From positions 1-59,846 of the IMG/VR virus record IMGVR_UViG_3300048823_000098: a DNA stretch of 59,846 nucleotides; one strand, given 5' to 3'. Source of the DNA: a virus. The notes beneath the pieces were generated by a model. That model ran no database searches. It was given only the letters and a program-made list of their open reading frames with translations, and was not told where the DNA came from. Of this stretch, positions 53,151-59,062 are shown piece after piece (position 1 is the first letter of the stretch; the number at the start of each line of letters is the position of its first letter). The position numbers and the translations under genes are program-made.

Positions 53151-53558
53151 TTACGCGATGGTCGACGCGATGTTCGCGTTGCCGTAATTGGGGATCGACA
53201 CGATGGGTACCGACACGCCGGTCAGAACCGGAGCGCCAGTGTCAGGAGTCGCGCCGCTGCCCGCTGCGCCGCCTCCGACGCATTCGAGCCAGTTCGCGTG
53301 CTGAGACACAACTTCGACCGAGGCCGGCGGCACCGGAGCGGGGGCGTTGGGTCCGCCATCACCAAAGGCGAGCCCGTCAGCGCGCACGTTGGTCGCGATG
53401 CCGGATACACCCGGGATCGTTCCAGGGGGGACTCCGAACGGCGCGACCCCGCCGGCACCGATGGATGCCAGCGCAAGGATCGAGCGACCGTTGACGGAGT
53501 TGTTTAAATCATTCGTGCAGAACGCGAACCCGGGAAGGGGCGAGGAGAAGATCGTCAT
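53151..53558 (-). CDS. PGF-C-ND family paralog B (135 aa)
   Basis: MTIFSSPLPGFAFCTNDLNNSVNGRSILALASI. TAATG coupling to paralog A. Confidence 0.65.
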   Translation of the reverse strand: MTIFSSPLPGFAFCTNDLNNSVNGRSILALASIGAGGVAPFGVPPGTIPGVSGIATNVRADGLAFGDGGPNAPAPVPPASVEVVSQHANWLECVGGGAAGSGATPDTGAPVLTGVSVPIVSIPNYGNANIASTIA

Positions 53559-53845
53559 TACGCCACCTGCTGACCGAGATTGAATCCGCCGACAGCCTGC
53601 GCGGCCGGTCCCGTCGGTCCACCGGCGAGCGGGAACAGCCCCTGGTTGCCGCCGACCGCGGACGACTGCAGTATCGAGGGATAAGGTTCCTGCGGGTTCT
53701 GCGGAGCGAGCGCGGCCGGCGAGAGTGCCTTCAGATCGAGCGCACAGACGGATGCCAGAACGAGAGCGCTGCGACCGTTGGCCGCATTGTTCTGATCGTT
53801 GTAGCAGTAGGCGAAACCCGGGAGGGTGGAAACGGTGATGGTCAT
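53558..53845 (-). CDS. PGF-C-ND family paralog A (95 aa)
   Basis: MTITVSTLPGFAYCYNDQNNAANGRSALVLASV. Confidence 0.65.
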   Translation of the reverse strand: MTITVSTLPGFAYCYNDQNNAANGRSALVLASVCALDLKALSPAALAPQNPQEPYPSILQSSAVGGNQGLFPLAGGPTGPAAQAVGGFNLGQQVA

Positions 53846-53867
53846 GAGGATGCCTCAGTGGGTGCGG

Positions 53868-54203
53868 TCAATGTCGTCGCCAGCGCTCCAGCGTCCTCAT
53901 CACCTGGGGCTGTGCCAGCAGTGTCTCGTCTGCGTACCAGAAAATAACGCCGTCCACGCGGATCGGCAAGGGTGCCATCTTGCGGCAGATCAGTCGACCC
54001 AGCTCGCCGTGGGTACAGCGGTAGAGGATCGTCAGCTGCTCTCGCGAGAAGAAGTCCGCAGCGCCCCCGAGGGGCAGCTGCACGCGACGCGGGGAAGGAA
54101 CGGGGGTCGGTGGAGCTTGTGCGCGCTCCTGTTGGGGGGTTCGCGGGGTGACCGGACTTGCGTCCGGGGTGACCGATGTCCCCTTCTCCGACCCGGCGTT
54201 CAC
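53868..54203 (-). CDS. Small DNA-binding (excisionase/AlpA-type HTH-like) protein (about 111 aa, GTG start)
   Basis: GTGA overlap with the upstream stop. C-terminal FFSREQLTILYRCTHGELGRLICRKMAPLPIRVDGVIFWYADE. Confidence 0.5.
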   Translation of the reverse strand: MNAGSEKGTSVTPDASPVTPRTPQQERAQAPPTPVPSPRRVQLPLGGAADFFSREQLTILYRCTHGELGRLICRKMAPLPIRVDGVIFWYADETLLAQPQVMRTLERWRRH

Positions 54204-54394
54204 AGAACGTGCCCGATGACCGCACCGACCAGCGCGACCGCGGCATACTTGAAGTATGACCCGTACTCTGACCAGAACGTCTTCACTTCCGCTTCGACCT
54301 TCGTAACCTCGCCGGTCACCGCGGAGGTGACGGAGGCGGGGACGGCGACTGAAACGGAAACCGGGGCCACGGGTGTCGTCACTACGTCGGCCAT
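54200..54394 (-). CDS. Small protein with C-terminal TM (64 aa), first gene of the leftward arm
   Basis: GAGGAG SD. C-terminal YFKYAAVALVGAVIGHVL. Confidence 0.6.
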   Translation of the reverse strand: MADVVTTPVAPVSVSVAVPASVTSAVTGEVTKVEAEVKTFWSEYGSYFKYAAVALVGAVIGHVL

Positions 54395-55160
54395 GTGTTT
54401 TCTCCTCGGTGGCGGGGTGGGAAGAATTTCCTCCCCTCAGGTATGTATGTCGTTTTTTTGGATGTGCTGCCCCGCTTTTCTGCATCCTGGGGGCTGTTTT
54501 ATCGAAAATTGTGTAACCCGTCACGGTTCTCGGGGCGACGAAGCAGGGGCAGTCACAGTTGCGCCTGGGCCAGGGGGTTTTAGGGATTCTACCCGCATCG
54601 AGGGGCGCGGCGAGGCGGCCGAGCGGCCGAGGGGCGAGGCTAAGCCCTTGATTCTAAAGGGGGAGGAGGGGCGAGGGTGTAGTATGAGCCCGCATGCTAC
54701 ACCACCTCAGGTCACAGATCTGGTCACGTATCAACCGGGTGCGAATGCTGCACTACAGCACTGGGGTTGGGCACGAGGGGCGTGCGGAGCCAGTCTATTG
54801 GCGCATAGCCGAGCTAACGGCCAGTCTATTGGCGCTCATGCAGGCGGCACCAGAGGAGGGTACGAGGTGAGGCCTGGATGCCTGACGATGCCCGAGATGA
54901 CGATACAAATCATGGGTGTGTATACAGACCGATAGCTATGTGATTGATACTAATACGTTCCTGACGATACAGGTGATGAAGATGACCTGTCCTACACGTA
55001 TAAGTGTCACACACGTATTACGTTAACACTATGTATACTGACAGTTTCTACACACTTATTTAAGGCTATCTATCATCCTATCTTCAGGAAGCGTTGGATA
55101 TCAGTTACTTGAGCGTGACTGATGGACAGCCTAATGACTGACGATGGGCACCATCGTCAG
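54395..55160. promoter_or_regulatory. Large non-coding control region between the leftward and rightward arms (candidate promoters, operators or origin)
   Basis: No ORF here has coding-like GC3. Several repeat families are present and an AT-rich block lies at 54935..55135 (see findings). Confidence 0.6.
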
Positions 55161-55180
55161 GATTGTGGTACGCTTGTGAG

Positions 55181-55450
55181 ATGGATAACTACACATACGC
55201 ACGAGACGTGGCGTTGGCCGTCTACAAGAACCGCAGGACCGAGGCACGCATTCGCTACAGGCGCGCCCTGCTAGCTGCCAGGAAGGCGCGCGACCGTGAG
55301 CTGGTGATAGCTGAGGATTGGGCCGAGAAGCGCCCACAGCTGCGCGTTGACGCGATGGAGGCGTTCAAGCGCAAGGCCTCAGCTCTGAGGCACCAGATGA
55401 GCCGTACGCTTCAGTGGGCAGCCAAGGACTACTCGCGTTTGGTCAGATAG
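55181..55450 (+). CDS. Hypothetical basic helical protein (89 aa; the track start TTG 55163 is possible)
   Basis: Coding-like GC3. Weak RBS. Confidence 0.55.
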   Translation: MDNYTYARDVALAVYKNRRTEARIRYRRALLAARKARDRELVIAEDWAEKRPQLRVDAMEAFKRKASALRHQMSRTLQWAAKDYSRLVR

Positions 55451-55490
55451 CCTGGGCCCAGGTGGCAGGCACCAACAAAAAGGCCCGCTG

Positions 55491-55513
55491 AAAAGGGGCG
55501 CACGAGGCGCCCC
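55491..55513 (-). terminator. Rho-independent terminator of the leftward gene 55537..55833
   Basis: On the minus strand, GGGGCGC-ctcgt-GCGCCCC followed by TTTT. Confidence 0.65.
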
Positions 55514-55536
55514 AGGTGTCAGCTTCGATGATCAGA

Positions 55537-55833
55537 TCAGGCGGGCTGCACCGCGAACCCACCCACTAGGGTGGATTCCGCGGCGTCCCAGCGATATGCC
55601 TGGGTGGCCTTGGCAGCGGTGTCGGCCGAGCTGTGCCAAGTCACACCGTATCCGTGGTCCTTCACCCAGCGCTGGCCGACTCCCGAGGGGTGGAATCCGG
55701 GGTCGCTGGCTTGGCTGCGTACCAGGGCACGCATGGCGCGGGGTGAGGCCCACACCACGATGTGGGTGTAGGCGCTCTCGGTGTTGCGGGTGAAGACACC
55801 GACCGGGGTGGTGACTGAGAGGCTCTTCTTCAT
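55537..55833 (-). CDS. Hypothetical protein (98 aa), a stand-alone leftward transcription unit within the early arm
   Basis: Has its own sigma70-like promoter, AGGAG SD and terminator. High GC3. Confidence 0.7.
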   Translation of the reverse strand: MKKSLSVTTPVGVFTRNTESAYTHIVVWASPRAMRALVRSQASDPGFHPSGVGQRWVKDHGYGVTWHSSADTAAKATQAYRWDAAESTLVGGFAVQPA

Positions 55834-55872
55834 GTCCGTGCTCCTGGGTCAGTTACTAGTTACTAGGCCTCC

Positions 55873-55900
55873 ATTATCTACACCCCAGGGCCCGTGTCAA
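55873..55900 (-). promoter_or_regulatory. Sigma70-like promoter (leftward): TTGACA-N16-GATAAT
   Basis: Reverse complement of tgtcaa at 55895..55900 and of attatc at 55873..55878. Confidence 0.6.
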
Positions 55901-55907
55901 CAAGTTT

Positions 55908-55915
55908 GTTTAAAC
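55908..55915. repeat. GTTTAAAC palindrome copy (core of the 12-bp palindrome TTGTTTAAACAA)
   Basis: Lies midway between the two divergent -35 boxes. Confidence 0.9.
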
Positions 55916-55925
55916 AACACAGCGC

Positions 55926-55955
55926 TTGACAGCCTGGGCGGATCTGTGTTGCAAT
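55926..55955 (+). promoter_or_regulatory. Sigma70-like promoter (rightward): TTGACA-N18-TGCAAT with an extended -10 TG
   Basis: TTGACA at 55926..55931. tgtTGCAAT at 55947..55955. Confidence 0.55.
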
Positions 55956-55993
55956 CCAATCCTCGTAATTAGTAACTGATCAGGAGCACAGAC

Positions 55994-56203
55994 ATGAACA
56001 AGAGAGCGTCCATCCTAGCCTGCGATCTGCGGGCTCTTTCGCACGAGAAACTCGCCGTCCTTGCCGCACAGCTGGCAGTGGCACTGCAAGACATTGCCGC
56101 CGCGTCCTGGCAGACCAACATCCAATTCGCCAAGGATGCGGCCCAGCACGCGTTGGATAACAGCGCGGTCGAGGCACTGCAGTCCGAGGAAAGCGCGTCA
56201 TGA
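55994..56203 (+). CDS. Hypothetical protein (69 aa)
   Basis: AGGAG SD. ATGA overlap with the next gene. Confidence 0.6.
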   Translation: MNKRASILACDLRALSHEKLAVLAAQLAVALQDIAAASWQTNIQFAKDAAQHALDNSAVEALQSEESAS

Positions 56204-56502
56204 AGTTCATGAATGACTACGACGTCGCGATGGCCGCACAGCGGTTCACCCACCCTGAGAGTGCGCAGTACAAGGCTGTGCGCATTCTCCAGGCCCACAT
56301 CGAGATAGTGGACAACAACTCTGACGGCTGGGCCCACTGGAAGGCGCCAGTGGCTGCAGCGAAGCAGCTGATGGAGCTGATTGAGCGACGCGATGCGCCC
56401 CCGCAGTCCCTGGCTCACTTCTACCTGAAGAAGGCGATTACGCCGCTGCGCGCGTTCTACACCAAGCACCCCTACCTGCCCGAGCGGCCCGAGGGCATTT
56501 GA
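56200..56502 (+). CDS. Hypothetical protein (100 aa)
   Basis: ATGA overlap. Coding-like composition. Confidence 0.6.
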   Translation: MKFMNDYDVAMAAQRFTHPESAQYKAVRILQAHIEIVDNNSDGWAHWKAPVAAAKQLMELIERRDAPPQSLAHFYLKKAITPLRAFYTKHPYLPERPEGI

Positions 56503-56528
56503 CACGTTCGGGCGGGTGTGCTTATCAT
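56499..56528 (+). promoter_or_regulatory. Sigma70-like promoter: TTGACA-N18-TATCAT
   Basis: TTGACA at 56499..56504 overlaps the preceding stop codon. TATCAT at 56523..56528. Followed by the GTAACTAGGAGCA leader. Confidence 0.55.
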
Positions 56529-56566
56529 CCGCCCGAATTGAATCCCCGTAACTAGGAGCAATCGTC

Positions 56567-56851
56567 ATGAAGATCGTTAGAAACGCAGCCGTTCAGCTCG
56601 GTACGACGCTGGGCAAGGTGCTAGCGGGCAGCGTGGTGCAGTCCGTGAACAGTGCCAGGGGCTCGCTGGCCCCGCTGTATCTGGTAACGAACGAGTACAC
56701 GGAGACAGCGGATCCAGGGCGTCCCTGGGAGCGCTCCCAGGTCAAGCGCAAGATAGTTCATCTGGAAAACGGCACCGAGTACCCGTGCAATGTGGATATG
56801 CGCGTGGCCGTGGTCGAGTGCGAGCTGCACGTCACGGGCATCGATGAGTAG
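56567..56851 (+). CDS. Hypothetical protein (94 aa)
   Basis: AGGAG SD. Confidence 0.6.
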   Translation: MKIVRNAAVQLGTTLGKVLAGSVVQSVNSARGSLAPLYLVTNEYTETADPGRPWERSQVKRKIVHLENGTEYPCNVDMRVAVVECELHVTGIDE

Positions 56852-57044
56852 CCGGCTCATCGGGCACCACGAGATGCGCACACGCCTGGGCGACACGGTA
56901 CGCACCGTGATCGCCCAGCGATTGGACGGCAGCACCGTGGAGCAGATCACAATCACGGGTGAGGAGCCATTGACACTGGCTCCCGCCCCCTGCCGGCCGA
57001 ACGCACTGCACGAGCACAGGGCACGGCATTTGACACGGGCCTAG
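56845..57044 (+). CDS. Hypothetical protein (66 aa)
   Basis: ATG overlaps the previous stop region. GC3 is about 75 percent. Confidence 0.5.
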
Positions 57045-57090
57045 ATCTGTGCCACCGTGAAGAAGTCCCCTTAATCAACTGGAGCCATAC

Positions 57091-57276
57091 ATGCCGAAGC
57101 CGACGTTCGCCCCAGGTGAGTGGAAGTCGATTGAGGACGCGCTGCGGGTAGCCGAGGCGCATTACGCGGCCGACGCGGAGGGCAAGAGCGCACGCGAGAT
57201 CGACAAGCTACTCAACCGTATGCGTCGCGTGCACGTGCTCGCGGATCGCATTCACGATTACACAGCCAATCTGTAG
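57091..57276 (+). CDS. Hypothetical protein (61 aa)
   Basis: GGAG SD. Confidence 0.55.
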   Translation: MPKPTFAPGEWKSIEDALRVAEAHYAADAEGKSAREIDKLLNRMRRVHVLADRIHDYTANL

Positions 57277-57285
57277 GAGCTGCCT

Positions 57286-57690
57286 ATGGCGAACACATTG
57301 CTGAACAAAACAGCCATCTCCGCTATCCTCGAACGTCTTGCAGATGACGCAGGACACGCGGTACGCGCGACAGCAGGCGAGGAGCGTTGGGACCAGATGC
57401 AGGACAAGGTGTACTGGACCTACTCGCTGAAGTATCTGCACTCAGGCGACCTGTTCGCGAATGTCGAGGTGGATTGCAGCGTCCTCGACCGCGCACTGAG
57501 CTACGACGAGTTCGCTACCAAGGTGGCGAAGAAATACCCCGGGCTCTTCACACCGCTGCCCATCACAACACCACTGACACCCATCGAGCTGACAGCTGCT
57601 GAGATGGTGGCGTTGTACAACGGCGAGACAGTCGAGACACGCAACGCCCAGGGCGAGAAGCTGAAGCTGCACTACCGAGTCATGGCGTGA
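57286..57690 (+). CDS. Hypothetical protein (134 aa)
   Basis: AGGAG SD. Confidence 0.6.
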   Translation: MANTLLNKTAISAILERLADDAGHAVRATAGEERWDQMQDKVYWTYSLKYLHSGDLFANVEVDCSVLDRALSYDEFATKVAKKYPGLFTPLPITTPLTPIELTAAEMVALYNGETVETRNAQGEKLKLHYRVMA

Positions 57691-57962
57691 ACAAGCCACG
57701 CATCAATTACGTGGATGTCGCGCCTCCCCTGGTACTGGGGCAGACGGCGCGCTTGCTGCTGACGGATCGCAAGTGGTATCGTACGTCCCCCGTGGTGGAT
57801 ACCACGTACACGACCAAGGGTCCGATCATTGAGACCAAGAACACGTTCTACTGGCCCGGTGAGACCGATGAGAGCATGCCAGTGGCCAGCATTCCGCGTC
57901 GCGCGCCTGTCGCTGTGATTGGCGTGCCCTACCGATACCCGGGAGAGAGTCATGAGCCGTGA
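57687..57962 (+). CDS. Hypothetical protein (91 aa, GTG start)
   Basis: GTGA overlap with the previous stop. Confidence 0.55.
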   Translation: MNKPRINYVDVAPPLVLGQTARLLLTDRKWYRTSPVVDTTYTTKGPIIETKNTFYWPGETDESMPVASIPRRAPVAVIGVPYRYPGESHEP

Positions 57963-58401
57963 TCTTGAAACCACCAGCCTGCTTGAAGCGATTCGAGATA
58001 CGGATCCCGACGGCGTGGCTTATCGCTTGGACAACGAAGACCAAGTGCACTACATCTACTTCGGCCTGCTGCTACAGCGCGCAGCTAAGCTGATCGAGGC
58101 AAAGGATCGCGCCAACGAGACCCAGGCGGCGGTGATCAAGGATCTGGAGACCACGCTCAACGGTTTGCGCGATCAGGTGGACTTCACGGCGGGCAGCGAT
58201 GCGCGCATATCCGCCGCCCTGGCCGATGCGAATGCGTGGCGGTGCCGGTACCAAGAATCCTTGAACGCAGCCTATACTGCTCGACGTGCTGTTGTGCGCA
58301 GCGCTAATCACCGCGTGCGGCGCTGGAAATTCTACGCGGGTCTCGCCATCGCATTCTCTCTGGGGATCGCGATTGTCAGCGGGTTCTCGCACTACAACTG
58401 A
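57952..58401 (+). CDS. Coiled-coil protein with C-terminal TM (149 aa)
   Basis: GGGAGAGAG SD. C-terminal FYAGLAIAFSLGIAIVSGF. Confidence 0.55.
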   Translation: MSRDLETTSLLEAIRDTDPDGVAYRLDNEDQVHYIYFGLLLQRAAKLIEAKDRANETQAAVIKDLETTLNGLRDQVDFTAGSDARISAALADANAWRCRYQESLNAAYTARRAVVRSANHRVRRWKFYAGLAIAFSLGIAIVSGFSHYN

Positions 58402-58426
58402 TTTTAATCAAACAGGAGTACATTCG

Positions 58427-59059
58427 ATGGGTATTTTCGACACACTGAATCGCCTCGTGCTGGGCGTCTATCAAAACGCTGGCATCGGGCAGTCCGAAGC
58501 GGTAGAGATCGGACGCGCTCTGGCCTCGCAGCAGGTGCAGATCGAGAACGTGACTGCGCAGCGCGATGCGCTGGGACAGTACGTAGTGCAGATGTCCCGG
58601 GTGATCGATCAGGACGCCGATCTCAACGATGCGCTGGAAACGGAAGTGGAGTATCTGCAGAAAGAGAAGGCGATCCTGCAGGAGCAGTACGACAACGCCA
58701 TCGAGCGCATCGGGAACTATCAGACCGAGCAGGTCTATCAGACCGAGCTGGACGAGGTGTATCGTCTCGCGGCCCAGGACACCAAGATCTTCAATGAGCA
58801 CGTCGCGCAACAACTGGCGATCATCACCGCGATGCGTGAGCGCACCGACGATCTGCTGCTCTCCATCGCCGACAATCGCGATACGGTGGACACCGCGATC
58901 ACCGCCGGTGCGGATGGCAAGTGTGAGTGTGATTATTGCGTCGCCTTGCGCGTCGGCGCCCGTGAGCGTGTGGCTCGTGAGGCAGACGCCGACACTGACG
59001 CCAACGGCAGCGCGGATGAGGAACTGACGACGCCTTCGGGCTCGTTCGAGCTGATCTAG
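58427..59059 (+). CDS. Coiled-coil acidic protein (210 aa)
   Basis: AGGAG SD. Heptad-like Gln/Glu-rich sequence. Confidence 0.6.
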   Translation: MGIFDTLNRLVLGVYQNAGIGQSEAVEIGRALASQQVQIENVTAQRDALGQYVVQMSRVIDQDADLNDALETEVEYLQKEKAILQEQYDNAIERIGNYQTEQVYQTELDEVYRLAAQDTKIFNEHVAQQLAIITAMRERTDDLLLSIADNRDTVDTAITAGADGKCECDYCVALRVGARERVAREADADTDANGSADEELTTPSGSFELI

Positions 59060-59062
59060 CTC

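Noticed and set aside
54600-54680. G-rich GAGGGGCG repeats as a CRISPR-like array or a canonical G-quadruplex
   Set aside because: There are only three short, irregularly spaced (29 and 37 bp) copies with no repeat-spacer architecture. The G-tracts do not satisfy a four-tract G3+N1-7 pattern without a 24-nt loop.
53826-54935. 369-aa plus-strand ORF spanning the start of the leftward arm and the non-coding hub
   Set aside because: It runs antisense to well-supported minus-strand genes (SD sites, coupled overlaps). It is Arg/Gly-rich like a GC-rich shadow frame and has low GC3 in the non-overlapping part. The same reasoning applies to other long antisense track ORFs, such as 24116..25093(+), 38814..40148(+), 48666..49772(+), 7061..7774(-) and 966..1721(-).
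54685-54936. Possible 83-aa ORF (MSPHATPPQV...) with a GAGGG SD inside the non-coding hub
   Set aside because: Hand-counted GC3 is only about 54 percent, against 75-85 percent for the genes I checked here. It is more likely non-coding sequence that happens to be open.
55178-55190. DnaA-box-like sequence (GATGGATAAC)
   Set aside because: It is a single copy with about 7 of 9 matches and lies inside the start of an ORF. That is too weak to call.
2176-55915. TTTAAAC within GTTTAAAC as a -1 ribosomal frameshift slippery heptamer (U_UUA_AAC)
   Set aside because: Only some intragenic copies are in the required phase (20835, 34371, 53502, 40152). The others are in the TTT_AAA phase or are intergenic. 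No downstream structure or alternative-frame ORF is evident, so this cannot explain the set as a whole.
2176-55915. GTTTAAAC as an ECF-type -35 element (AAC) for the phage sigma-like protein
   Set aside because: I aligned the 30 nt downstream of all nine perfect sites in the direction of transcription. No conserved -10-like element appeared at 14-20 nt. The idea is kept only as one hypothesis among several.
57030-57058. Third early promoter at the second GGCATTTGACACG repeat
   Set aside because: TTGACA is present and is followed by the same GATCTGTG element as the 55926 promoter. However, there is no acceptable -10 hexamer at 16-18 nt. It is reported only as a repeat.
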